From the IMG/VR virus record IMGVR_UViG_3300027319_000001: DNA of 64,000 bases; one strand, written 5' to 3'. The DNA is from a virus. The notes beneath the pieces were generated by a model. The model made no database searches and had not been told where the DNA came from. It saw only the letters and a list, made by a program, of their open reading frames with translations. The position numbers and the translations under genes are program-made. This document shows, piece by piece, positions 1 to 9,190 of the stretch (position 1 is its first letter; every line of letters begins with the position of its first letter).

Positions 1-1
1 T

Positions 2-118
2 TACGTACTCACACCCGAGAAAATTCGGTCCATGTCAATGAATGAATATGCCAAGATTCGGCCGTACATTTTTGGTAACAATGCCCAGTCCGGCCAGGGC
101 AAGGGCCTTTTCGGGTAA
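2..118 (+). CDS. 3' end of an upstream gene entering from the window edge (function unknown)
   Basis: Frame open from nt 2 to TAA 116-118 (...YAKIRPYIFGNNAQSGQGKGLFG*); ends 10 nt before the capsid start; no start codon visible in window. Confidence 0.3.
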   Translation, partial: YVLTPEKIRSMSMNEYAKIRPYIFGNNAQSGQGKGLFG

Positions 119-128
119 GGAAGGATAA

Positions 129-304
129 ATGCCTATCGGACTCCCTGCGACCAGTGCAATCACTGGTACGCCTAACCTGACCACTAACGTCACTGGCTCC
201 GTCTACGCCGCTGGTAGTAACCTCTCTCCTGCTATTCAGGAGCTGTGGAGTAAGGAGATTCTCTTCGCGGCGATGCCCGTGCTGCGTTTTGAGCAGTTTG
301 CGGT
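129..304 (+). CDS. Major capsid protein, exon 1
   Basis: RBS aggaagg + ATG 129; ...SPAIQELWSKEILFAAMPVLRFEQFAV looks like the N-terminus of HK97-fold (N4 gp56-type) capsid proteins; the ORF-track stop at 330-332 lies in the intron P2 loop. Confidence 0.75.
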
Positions 305-571
305 CAGCTTCTTCGGCCGCCTCGCATGGTGACATGCGAGTGAAAACCGCGCTGTATCGGTGAACCCCTCCAAAATATGGGGAATACCGAGGGAACCCGT
401 GTCGGGGACTCCGTAGAGACTGCACGCGCGGCAACTCCAATAGGGCCGCTGAATCGACACAATTTGGCGGAACTGGAGTTGAAGATACAGTCCGAACTTG
501 CGGGATGGTAAACCGCAAGAGCCGGGCAGAAATGACCCGGCCGCCGCCTTCTGGCGGAGGTAACAGAATTG
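305..571 (+). ncRNA. Group I-like self-splicing intron (no internal ORF)
   Basis: 267 nt; follows U304 (gcggt 300-304 pairs gccgc 316-320 with U-G at the splice site) and ends in G571; ordered helices P2 321-340 (GTGA loop), P3 347-352/426-431, P7 418-422/488-492, P8 432-438/475-481, P9 497-503/513-519; removal gives one in-frame 343-aa capsid ORF. Confidence 0.7.
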
Positions 572-1427
572 CAAGAAGACTGAGCTGGGCGTCGCCCCCG
601 GTTTGACCATTAATTTCATGCGCTACAACAACCTTCCGCCTGCCTCGCAGCTGACGGAAGGCGTGCGCATGACCACCTATGCGCTCAGCGCGAGCCAGTT
701 CAGCATTACCGTCGCTGAGCACGGTCTGGCGGTCGCGGTTTCCGAGCTTCTGCTCAACGCGTCTTTTGATGATGTAATGGCCTCCGCCTCCAGGCTACTG
801 GGGCGTAACATGGCGCAGTACCTGGATACCAGCGCGCGCGACACCCTGCTTCAGGCATCCAGCGTGCTGTATGGTTACAACAAGTTTGACACGACCGCTA
901 ACAGCAACCGTACGGTTCTTTCTCCGTATGACCTCGGTACCCACGCCACCAGCCGTGCGGGCCTTACCGGCAAGTACTACTTCACCTCGGCTCTGGTGAA
1001 GGACGCGGTTGAGACTCTTGCGAGCAAGAACATTCCGCGGCTCGGTGAGACCTACGTCTGTTTTATCCATCCGAGGCAGTCGCGTCGTCTTCGTGACGAT
1101 CCGACCTGGATCGAGACCACCAAGTATGCCTCTCCGGGCAATTTCGCCCTCGGCGAGGTGGGCAGGATCGACGACGTGGTCTTTATCGAGACTACGCAGG
1201 TCAATGAAATTTACAACGATCCTAACCTGCCGGAGGAACAGCGGGCCAAGGTGTTCCAGGCCATCATGATCGGTGACAACGCTTTTGGTCACGCAATTTC
1301 GCTCCCGGTTGAGCTTCGGGATGGGGGCGTGCTTGACCATGGGCGCGAGCACTCGATCGCTTGGTACGCGATTTGGGGTCTCGGGCTTATCACGGATAGT
1401 GCGGTTTGCATTCTTGAGACGAACTGA
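572..1427 (+). CDS. Major capsid protein, exon 2
   Basis: Same phase as exon 1; (V)KKTELGVAPGLTINFMRYNNLPPASQLTEGV...DTSARDTLL... capsid-type sequence to TGA 1425-1427; the ORF track only shows the part from TTG 603. Confidence 0.85.
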
Positions 1428-1530
1428 GCTTCCGCAGGTCAGGAAGTATGTCGATCTTGCGGAAACGCGAATTGGTGCTCAATTCTGGGACTGGCCACTA
1501 GCCTGATATTGCCGTTCACGAGACGGTACT

Positions 1531-1598
1531 GAAACGAAGGTCCGGCTCTCGGAAAACCGTGGGCCGGATCTTTGTGTTACAACAATCAGCTTCGTTTC
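1531..1598 (+). terminator. Nested stem-loop downstream of the capsid gene (possible terminator/RNA element)
   Basis: gaaacgaag 1531-1539 pairs cttcgtttc 1590-1598 and encloses tccggc 1541-1546/gccgga 1563-1568; lies in a 220-nt untranslated gap. Confidence 0.35.
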
Positions 1599-1647
1599 CA
1601 CCACACTCATATATGTACGTGTGTGAGTGAAAAGACGGAGCTGAAAA

Positions 1648-1968
1648 TTGGCTGCATCTAGGAAGTCGCCCCGGGACTACACAGGCCGTAAGGCTCAGGA
1701 GCTGGCCGAGAAGCACGCTAAGGAAATTGAGGCGATGCAGGGTCGTCTGACCACCGTCGCCGTTCCCGAGATTGAGTCTGAGGAAGTTGTCGAAGACAAC
1801 ACTCCGATTGAGGTCGGTTCAGACATGGTGAAGATGCGTGTCAATACCGACCTTGAGGACGTCACGATCGGCCAGGGAAACAACTTCACCTTCTACCGGA
1901 ATCGGATCTACACCGTTCCGAAGTGGGTTTACAACCACCTGGACGAGAAGGGGCTCGTGTGGCACTGA
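1648..1968 (+). CDS. Hypothetical head-module protein
   Basis: 106-aa ORF, TTG start 8 nt after ggag; acidic middle; no motif recognised. Confidence 0.55.
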   Translation: MAASRKSPRDYTGRKAQELAEKHAKEIEAMQGRLTTVAVPEIESEEVVEDNTPIEVGSDMVKMRVNTDLEDVTIGQGNNFTFYRNRIYTVPKWVYNHLDEKGLVWH

Positions 1969-2201
1969 CCAAGATTGAGCCTGGCGCGTCCTACAGGCTG
2001 ATTGATGACTATGGCTTTGGTCCGGGGTCTATTCCTGCCGGGGCCGATCTTAAGGTGACCGGAATTTATCCTCCCGGGACCCCTGGAATCGGCTACTGCG
2101 TTGAGGACACGGTGCTTGCTGAATACGAGCGTCCGGACGGTCCTCCGCAGGCGATTGCAGTTGCCAAGTCCGTCTTTGCGCAGATGGTGAAGGCGGTGTG
2201 A
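1959..2201 (+). CDS. Hypothetical head-module protein
   Basis: In-frame GTG 1959 overlapping previous stop by 10 nt (ORF track opens at 1923); no motif recognised. Confidence 0.5.
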   Translation: MALTKIEPGASYRLIDDYGFGPGSIPAGADLKVTGIYPPGTPGIGYCVEDTVLAEYERPDGPPQAIAVAKSVFAQMVKAV

Positions 2202-2202
2202 C

Positions 2203-2619
2203 GTGGCCGGTAATCCTACTACTGTTGGCGCGCAGGCTCTCGTTGACTTTCTGACGGGCCGTGCCGTTGCCTGGGAAGAGCGTGACGTTTACCTTGCGCT
2301 GTGCACGAGCCTCCCGCCGGACAACGTCAGCCTGTCATCTCTTCCTGAGGTGACCACCCCTGGGTATGCACGGCAGAAAGTGACCTGGGGCGCTGCGTCA
2401 CCGTCTCGGCCTAGTGTGGCGAGCAATTCAGCTGTTGTCACATTCGGGCCTATGACCGATGACATGAGCGTCCCCGTCACTCACGCCGCTCTCGTAACCG
2501 CTCAGACGGGTACAGCCGGGGACGTGCTTTTCATCTGGAGTCTGGACACCACGCAGCAAGCTGTAAACGGACAGGCGTTGCAGATCGCCATTGGAAAGCT
2601 GACGATTTCGCTCTCCTGA
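2203..2619 (+). CDS. Hypothetical virion protein
   Basis: 138-aa ORF starting 1 nt after previous stop; codon usage like neighbours; no motif I can name. Confidence 0.6.
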   Translation: MAGNPTTVGAQALVDFLTGRAVAWEERDVYLALCTSLPPDNVSLSSLPEVTTPGYARQKVTWGAASPSRPSVASNSAVVTFGPMTDDMSVPVTHAALVTAQTGTAGDVLFIWSLDTTQQAVNGQALQIAIGKLTISLS

Positions 2620-2660
2620 GAGACTGCCCGGTTCCCTTCGCTACCGCCGGGATGGAAAAA

Positions 2661-2695
2661 AGAAGACCCCGGGTACTTGATGCCCGGGGTCTTCT
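2661..2695. terminator. Bidirectional hairpin terminator
   Basis: 13-bp stem agaagaccccggg 2661-2673 / cccggggtcttct 2683-2695; A-run 2655-2660 gives a U-tract for the minus-strand gene 2707..3108. Confidence 0.75.
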
Positions 2696-2706
2696 GTGCA
2701 GTGGGT

Positions 2707-3108
2707 TCAAGCCTTGAAATATGCCCTTGCGGAACCGATGACGGCAACGACGCCGCCGACGATGAACTCTAAGATGATACCGACGGCAAGGGCAGTAGAC
2801 ACGTCCTCGTATCCAGCTCGCTTCACCAGCATGGTGATGATGAGCGTCACGAACGCCAGAGCGATGGTGACGCCGGACGTGATTGAGAAGAACGAGATGG
2901 CAGCCGCCACACCACGAGCGGGACGCTCATAGGCGGGTACACGCTCCAGGATTGGGTTCCCAGCCGAGTCATACATGAGCTCCCCAGTGTACGGGTTTGT
3001 CAGGTGCCGATACTGGGGGTTACCCATGTTGTGCAGTAACTCAAGCCCGGCAACAACCCCAAGGCTCTTAGCGACGTCTTCCGGGCCGGGGAACGGCACG
3101 TTGGACAT
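2707..3108 (-). CDS. Membrane protein encoded antisense to the structural operon (moron-like)
   Basis: 133-aa ORF; C-terminal half has two hydrophobic helices (AAAISFFSITSGVTIALAFVTLIITML; ALAVGIILEFIVGGVVAVIG); own terminator. Confidence 0.7.
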   Translation of the reverse strand: MSNVPFPGPEDVAKSLGVVAGLELLHNMGNPQYRHLTNPYTGELMYDSAGNPILERVPAYERPARGVAAAISFFSITSGVTIALAFVTLIITMLVKRAGYEDVSTALAVGIILEFIVGGVVAVIGSARAYFKA

Positions 3109-3201
3109 GGCTCCTCCTGCATCTTGGTGGTGTCTACTTCCAAGATACCCAATTCGGTAGAGCTATACCAGATTGCTGCCGGTTTTTTGGACAATTGTTA
3201 T

Positions 3202-4011
3202 ATGGCCGATATTGCTGAGATCCGCTCCCGCGTCAGGACGGCGCTGGGGGATCTCGGCGACCGATTCAGCCTCACGCTCGCTGGCGGTCAATCCAGCTAC
3301 CAGCTTGGATACCGCCGGGTCAGTGACCTAGTCGTACACGAGCTGTCCGGGTCCACGGTGTCCGAGATCCCCCCAGATGGGTATGAACTGGACGCATACG
3401 ACGGTATCATCCGTTTCCCGGAGCCGATTCCTGACAACCACAGTCTGCTGATAACCGGTCGTGAGCACGGGCTTTTCACCGATAACGAGCTGGACCGGTA
3501 CATCGACACTGCGGTCAAGAAGCACTGCTACGAGCGTGAGACGGTAGAGCGCAAGCGAAACGAGAAGGGCTTCATCGTCTACGAGCGCACCCCCATCACT
3601 CTGGAGAACCTTCCAGAGATTGAGGAAAGTGCCCTTGTCATCCTCGCCACCATAGAGGCTCTATGGGATCTGGCCACGGATGCTGCCACGGACGTAGATG
3701 TCTGGACGGCTGAGGGCACGCACCTGTCTCGTGCGCAGCGCTACAACCAGCTGATGCAGCATCTGGACGTGCTGACTCAGCGGTATCAGACGCTGTGCCA
3801 GCAGCTGAACATTGGCCTCAACCGCATTGAGGTCTACACGCTCAGGCGTGTCAGCTACACCACTGGCCGACTTGTACCGATCTTCCGTGAGCGGGAGTAC
3901 GACGAGGTCGGGCCGGGCGCATGGCCGAAGCGGCTGCTGCCGCCCATCGACAGCCCGAACGAAGACGAATCCGGAATCCCGTCCCCGATTGCTGGTGGCT
4001 GGGGGCCGTGA
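3202..4011 (+). CDS. Hypothetical head/neck protein
   Basis: ATG 3202 (MADIAEIRSRV...) inside ORF-track 3124..4011; stop overlaps next start (GTGATGG). Confidence 0.6.
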   Translation: MADIAEIRSRVRTALGDLGDRFSLTLAGGQSSYQLGYRRVSDLVVHELSGSTVSEIPPDGYELDAYDGIIRFPEPIPDNHSLLITGREHGLFTDNELDRYIDTAVKKHCYERETVERKRNEKGFIVYERTPITLENLPEIEESALVILATIEALWDLATDAATDVDVWTAEGTHLSRAQRYNQLMQHLDVLTQRYQTLCQQLNIGLNRIEVYTLRRVSYTTGRLVPIFREREYDEVGPGAWPKRLLPPIDSPNEDESGIPSPIAGGWGP

Positions 4012-4805
4012 TGGCACGACTGGACCACAAGAAGGGCCGATTCGACGTCGAATACGAATCCGACGAAATAGACGGCGCGCTTCACGGTTACCAGGGTATC
4101 TATGGCCAGTCTGTCCTGTACTACAAGTACCTGAAGGACAGTAGCCAGTTTCACGCTGTCTACGGGGAGCCGACCGGATCCGGCCGGATTTTCCAGCCGC
4201 CTGAAGCGATTCCTGTCCTTAGCGTTGTCCGTGAAGAGGGGAGCGCAGAGCAGCTGGACGGCGGTCTGTACTGGACCGACACCCTGCACCTATCTGCGTC
4301 TTTCGCGCAGCTCACTAAAGCTGGCCTGACACAGCTGGACATCGTTCACGGCCGTTATCTCAATGACCGACTCGGCTATGACGGCCGGATTTGGAAAGTA
4401 ACTCGCATCGCAGTTCTTGGACAGATCACCAAGAGAGACTTCATTGTCGGTGTTGACGCCGTCCAGATGAAGGGCGCGGATCTCACTGAGGATCCGCAAT
4501 TCGCGGACTGGGCAAATGTCAACGTCGATATTGGCGACGGCTCCACGATCGATCTCCCGGACTGGACGATCAATATCCCAGAGATCCCTACAACCCTGCC
4601 GTCCGGAGATCCGATTGTCAAGGTGTTCAAACAGAACACCCCTGCATCCACGTGGATTATTGCACACGGGCTCGGCTACAAGCCGCACGTAACACTACTC
4701 GATACCAGCGATCAGGAGATTCACACGGATGTCCACCACTTGGATGACAACACAATTTCAGTCGTCTGGTCACAGCCTACGAGCGGTACCGCACTGCTTA
4801 CGTGA
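4011..4805 (+). CDS. Hypothetical head/neck protein
   Basis: ATG 4011 in a TGATG overlap with the previous gene; 264 aa; no motif recognised. Confidence 0.65.
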   Translation: MARLDHKKGRFDVEYESDEIDGALHGYQGIYGQSVLYYKYLKDSSQFHAVYGEPTGSGRIFQPPEAIPVLSVVREEGSAEQLDGGLYWTDTLHLSASFAQLTKAGLTQLDIVHGRYLNDRLGYDGRIWKVTRIAVLGQITKRDFIVGVDAVQMKGADLTEDPQFADWANVNVDIGDGSTIDLPDWTINIPEIPTTLPSGDPIVKVFKQNTPASTWIIAHGLGYKPHVTLLDTSDQEIHTDVHHLDDNTISVVWSQPTSGTALLT

Positions 4806-4815
4806 GAGGGTTTGA

Positions 4816-5709
4816 ATGGCAGTCAAGTTCGGGAATGGGATAGATCTCGATAACAACCGCATCATTAATCTCGCTGATCCTTCGGCACCGACCGATGCGG
4901 TGAACAAGCAGTACACGGATGCGCTTGTCCGTGGACTTTCCTGGAAGCAGGCAGTTAAAGCCGCGACCACCACGAGCGGTGATCTTTCCAGCTCCTATGA
5001 GGCTGGGGACACACTGGATGGCGTTATTCTCCAGGCTGGTGACCGGATCCTAATCAAGGACCAGGCAAACGCTGCTGAGAACGGTATCTATATTGTCCAG
5101 GAATCTGGTGCTCCGACCCGTGCTCCTGATGCCGATTCTTCCGATGACCTTCGTGGCGCTACCGTCACCGTGCAGATGGGGACGGTCAATGCTGACAAGG
5201 TCTATCGCCTGATCACGGACAACGTCACTGTTGATACGACAGAGCAAATCTGGACGGAGATCGGCGGTGCCGCCCCGTCGTACTCGGCCGGTAATGGTCT
5301 TGTAGAAAACCCGGCCCGGGTTTTCAATGTTGGCGCTGGCGACGGTATTACGGTCAGCTCAAACAGTGTCTCTCTTTCGTCCACTGTTGCCGGTAACGGT
5401 CTTTCCTACTCGTCTGGAATTCTCAACGTCAACACTGGTACCGGGCTGGTTGTTGAAGCTGATGCCGTAGCGATCGATGTCAATGTCGTCACCCGGAAAA
5501 TGGCGGCGAACATCGGCAATGGTACGGCTACCACGTTCCAGGTGAACCATAATCTTGGAACCAGAGATGTGCAAGTAAAGGTCCGATACAACAGCGCGCC
5601 ATATAGCTTTATCGAAACCGACGTCGACGCAACGGACCCGAACTACGTGACTGTGACGTTCGCCAAACCTCCTGCCAGTAACGAATTCCGGGTGATTGTG
5701 TTCGGCTGA
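4816..5709 (+). CDS. Fibre-like protein
   Basis: NGIDLDNNRIINLADPSAPTDAVNKQYTD and GDRILIKDQANAAENGIYIV motifs are typical of phage fibre/tailspike N-terminal regions. Confidence 0.55.
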   Translation: MAVKFGNGIDLDNNRIINLADPSAPTDAVNKQYTDALVRGLSWKQAVKAATTTSGDLSSSYEAGDTLDGVILQAGDRILIKDQANAAENGIYIVQESGAPTRAPDADSSDDLRGATVTVQMGTVNADKVYRLITDNVTVDTTEQIWTEIGGAAPSYSAGNGLVENPARVFNVGAGDGITVSSNSVSLSSTVAGNGLSYSSGILNVNTGTGLVVEADAVAIDVNVVTRKMAANIGNGTATTFQVNHNLGTRDVQVKVRYNSAPYSFIETDVDATDPNYVTVTFAKPPASNEFRVIVFG

Positions 5710-5710
5710 C

Positions 5711-6211
5711 ATGCTTCGATTCGCAACTGTTCTTGGACTCGATCTCGTCGATACGTCCCCTAATCCGCCCTCTGGTCAGCTTGCGTTTTATGCACGAAAC
5801 GGCAGGCTGCATACGAAAGACAGTGGCGGCAGCGAGGTAGCCTATGCGACCACCGCTGAGCTGCCGCCGCGTGTCATCCCCTACTCAATAGAAGGGGAGC
5901 TGGAGCCGATTGAGGGCAGGCTCAGGCTCTATAACGACAGTGGTCAGCCGTGGAACATCGTGGCTGTACGTGCCACTGTGTCGGAGCCGCCGACAGGAAG
6001 CTCGTTGATTGTAGACGTCAACATTGATGGAGAAACCATCTTCACCGATCAGAGCAAGCGGCCGACGATAGGGGACGGGCAGAACACAGCCAAGAGCACG
6101 GAGATGTCCGTCACCACCGTGCCAGATGGCTCCTACCTGACAGTGGATATTGATCAGGTGGGGAGTACTACGCCTGGTGAAACCCTAGTCGTGCAGATCA
6201 CGGTGGTTTGA
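5711..6211 (+). CDS. Hypothetical virion protein
   Basis: ATG 5711 two nt after previous stop; 166 aa. Confidence 0.55.
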   Translation: MLRFATVLGLDLVDTSPNPPSGQLAFYARNGRLHTKDSGGSEVAYATTAELPPRVIPYSIEGELEPIEGRLRLYNDSGQPWNIVAVRATVSEPPTGSSLIVDVNIDGETIFTDQSKRPTIGDGQNTAKSTEMSVTTVPDGSYLTVDIDQVGSTTPGETLVVQITVV

Positions 6212-6895
6212 GTGGCAGTCCGGTTCACCGACGAAACACAGACCTATGAGCGCGAGGTCAACCTTGGCGTTCAGTCTGAGTACACGCTGACGTGCTGGGT
6301 CAAGCTCTACTCGGACCGTGATTACTGGAACAGCGTGTGGTGTCTTGCAAACCCCGATTTGGGGGACCACTTTTCCCTTCTTCAGACGGACACCACCGGG
6401 ACACAAGTGGTATTCATCACCAGCACGCAGTATATGGAAATCCCGATCGTGAATATGCAAGTCGGCACATGGTACTATATCGGAATCTCTATGAGCGGAG
6501 AAACCGGTGTAGCCGTGTGGCGTTCCGAGAATGATGAGAATTTCTACATTGTCCCCATCACCAACCAGGGACCGATCAACCACAAGCTATTCCAGATCGG
6601 CAAGTCCATCTATGGCGGTGAATGGCTGGATGGTGCAATAACCGGGGTCAAATGGTGGTCTGCAGCACTCACTGACACTGAACTGATCGCTGAAGCGGCC
6701 CAGCTGGCTCCGGTTCGCAATGAGGACATCAGGGCTTACTACCTTCTCACGGTTCCGTCAACTGCCGACGATTCCGGGAATGGCTTTGACCTTACCGGTG
6801 GCACTGGAGCAACAGAGGTTCCAGGTCCTGATGTGCCAGTATTTTTCGGCCCGAAATACCGGGTCCGTGGCTGGGGTGTAATACCTATCGCTTAA
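6212..6895 (+). CDS. Concanavalin A/LamG-like lectin-fold protein
   Basis: GTG 6212 abutting previous stop; ...VGTWYYIGISMSG...FQIGKSIYGGEWLDGAITGVKWWSAALTDTELIAEA matches the LamG-type pattern. Confidence 0.6.
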   Translation: MAVRFTDETQTYEREVNLGVQSEYTLTCWVKLYSDRDYWNSVWCLANPDLGDHFSLLQTDTTGTQVVFITSTQYMEIPIVNMQVGTWYYIGISMSGETGVAVWRSENDENFYIVPITNQGPINHKLFQIGKSIYGGEWLDGAITGVKWWSAALTDTELIAEAAQLAPVRNEDIRAYYLLTVPSTADDSGNGFDLTGGTGATEVPGPDVPVFFGPKYRVRGWGVIPIA

Positions 6896-6975
6896 GAACG
6901 AGTTTTATCATTCCATGTCACGCTAATTCTATCCTGAATTGTGAGTGTAACTATTCACGATTCAGGTGACCGAAA

Positions 6976-7602
6976 GTGCCGTGGCTTTTGCGAGAGGATG
7001 CCGCCGTCAAGGCGAAGCTTTCTGGCATCTCTATTGCCACGTCCACTGGTCATCGTGACGTTCCGGTTTCGTTTCAATACCCGGAGACCGAAGCGCAAGA
7101 AGCTACCTACCCGGCTATTTTGATTGACCGGGTCAGCGTAGAGCGCGCAACCGACCGCGAGCACCGTGGATTCACTGCGGTTCGGTACCGACTAGAAGAT
7201 CTTCCGAACCCAGGGCCGGACGATGAGTGGGGTTATTTCGGGGACTTCCCGATTCCCTACAACCTTGACTATCAGGTGACTGCGCTCGCCCGTTTCCGGT
7301 CGCACCTGGCAGCACTGTGTGAGCGGCTTTCCAAGGGCGACAAGCTTCCTGCCCGGGGAGGCTGGGTTGAAATCCCCGGAATTGATGTGGTGGCGAGCCT
7401 AGATGTCCTCAGCGGGCCGGATCAGTCAGTCGTCATAGACAGTGACGGAAAACGACTCTATTCGGCTACCTGGCTGATTCGTGTCTACACGGAGATGTTT
7501 CCGTGGGATCCCCAGCGTTACGAGCCGGTTCGTGTTGTTTCCGGTCGTATTCGCGATTTCGAGGACACCAGAACCCTGATGACCTTCGACAGTGAGAGCT
7601 GA
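6976..7602 (+). CDS. Putative neck/tail-terminator-region protein (by position)
   Basis: 208-aa ORF immediately upstream of the sheath gene, after an 80-nt AT-richer gap; function from synteny only. Confidence 0.45.
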   Translation: MPWLLREDAAVKAKLSGISIATSTGHRDVPVSFQYPETEAQEATYPAILIDRVSVERATDREHRGFTAVRYRLEDLPNPGPDDEWGYFGDFPIPYNLDYQVTALARFRSHLAALCERLSKGDKLPARGGWVEIPGIDVVASLDVLSGPDQSVVIDSDGKRLYSATWLIRVYTEMFPWDPQRYEPVRVVSGRIRDFEDTRTLMTFDSES

Positions 7603-7610
7603 GGTGCGTC

Positions 7611-9176
7611 TTGGCAAATTACCTGACTCCGGGCGTCTACGTTGAGGAGAATCTGACTCCTCCCGGTGGCGGCTCCGGTGCGGCGTCCCTCGCGGTTGGC
7701 GCGTTTGTCGGACTTGCGCCAAAGGGGCCGACTATTCCGACGCGAGTCCGCACGTGGACGCAGTATGTCAACATTTTCGGCGGTTTTGCTGACACGAGCA
7801 GCTACCTGCCGTACGCGGTTTATCAGTTCTTCGCCAATGGCGGTAGCTCCTGCTATGTCGTCCGGGCGACGCGTTCTGACGCTACCGCTGCGACGGCGGA
7901 CATCATGGACTCCACTCCTGAGGGCGAGGGTCCGGATCCCGAGGGTCCGCTGGTCGCTCTTCAGGTGACGGCACTTGCCGTCGGTAGCTGGGGGAACAAC
8001 ACGCAGGTCCAGATCATCCCCACTGGTGCTCCCGGCGGGCGTTTTGACCTGCACGTGATTGAGGACGGTGTTGTTCGGGAGCGTTTCGGGGACCTCTCCT
8101 CGAATCCTAACGATCCCCGCTATGTGATCAGCATCGTCAACTCCCCGTATGCAGGGTCCACCCTCATCAAGCTGGCCAACCCTAAGGTAGCGACGCCCGG
8201 CTACGTCTATAATCCCGACACGGACGTCATCCCGGCGCAGACGGTCTCTCTCAGCGGTGGCACCGACGGCAATGCGCCGTACGACTACACGGCCGCTGCA
8301 AAGCTGCTGCAGGACGTTCCGAACACCACCTTTGATCTGAACGTCCCAGGCATCTCTGACCCGAACGTACTCAATCCGATCATTGAGTGGGCTGAGCAGA
8401 CTGGGCGCGTCTTCGTGGTCTGCGACGGTCCCAAGGCAGCTGAGGGTGCGACGTCCTCCCAGGTCATGGCCGGTTACATCGGCATGGTCGAGGGGCCGAC
8501 CGCGCTCAGGGCGTCCAGCTATGCCGCTGTCTACGGTCCGTGGCTGCTGTGCTCTGACCCGTCGTCCTCCATGTACGGCGCGGTCAAGTGGCTCCCGCCG
8601 GGTGGTGCGGTGCTCGGGCAGATGGGCCGTATTGACGTAGTCCGGCACCCGGCGAAGGCTCCGGCTGGTGTTGAATCTGTTCTCCCGAACGTCGTTGCGA
8701 CCGAAGCGCGGTTCACCGAAACCGAGCTGGACACCCTTTCAGACGCTCACGTCAATGTCATTCGGCTGATTCCTGGCTACGGACACGCGATCTGGGGTGC
8801 TCGGACCCTCAAGCGAGAACTTCCGGACAAGTACGTCCCGGTCCGCCGGACGCTGATCTTCCTCCGAAAGTCGCTGGCTGACGAGACTCGGTGGGCTGTT
8901 TTTGAGCCGAATGGTCCGGACCTGTGGGAAAAGCTTCGGCTCAACGTCTCCAGCTATCTTTCCCTGCTCCGCAGGGCTGGAATGCTGCAGGGTCAATCGG
9001 ACTCGCAGGCTTTCTTCGTCAAGTGTGATGGCGACAACAACCCGCAGAGTGAAATCAATGCGGGCCGCGTGAATATCGACGTCGGTGTTGCGCTCCGGTA
9101 CCCGGCCGAATTCGTGATCATTCGCATCGGCCAGTTCGACGGTGGCACCGATACCACTGAGGAGTCCCTTTTCTAA
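7611..9176 (+). CDS. Contractile tail sheath protein
   Basis: N-terminus ANYLTPGVYVEE and 521-aa size are classic sheath; tube gene follows. Confidence 0.9.
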   Translation: MANYLTPGVYVEENLTPPGGGSGAASLAVGAFVGLAPKGPTIPTRVRTWTQYVNIFGGFADTSSYLPYAVYQFFANGGSSCYVVRATRSDATAATADIMDSTPEGEGPDPEGPLVALQVTALAVGSWGNNTQVQIIPTGAPGGRFDLHVIEDGVVRERFGDLSSNPNDPRYVISIVNSPYAGSTLIKLANPKVATPGYVYNPDTDVIPAQTVSLSGGTDGNAPYDYTAAAKLLQDVPNTTFDLNVPGISDPNVLNPIIEWAEQTGRVFVVCDGPKAAEGATSSQVMAGYIGMVEGPTALRASSYAAVYGPWLLCSDPSSSMYGAVKWLPPGGAVLGQMGRIDVVRHPAKAPAGVESVLPNVVATEARFTETELDTLSDAHVNVIRLIPGYGHAIWGARTLKRELPDKYVPVRRTLIFLRKSLADETRWAVFEPNGPDLWEKLRLNVSSYLSLLRRAGMLQGQSDSQAFFVKCDGDNNPQSEINAGRVNIDVGVALRYPAEFVIIRIGQFDGGTDTTEESLF

Positions 9177-9190
9177 GGACCGGGGGATAA

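Noticed and set aside
9-722. 237-aa minus-strand ORF covering the start of the window
   Set aside because: It lies antisense to capsid exon 1, the intron and exon 2. Its Arg/Gly/Pro-rich composition is typical of spurious reverse-frame ORFs in GC-rich DNA, and the + strand has a far better explanation.
7518-8648. 376-aa minus-strand ORF
   Set aside because: It is entirely antisense to the unmistakable tail sheath gene, and its Arg-rich low-complexity translation looks non-coding.
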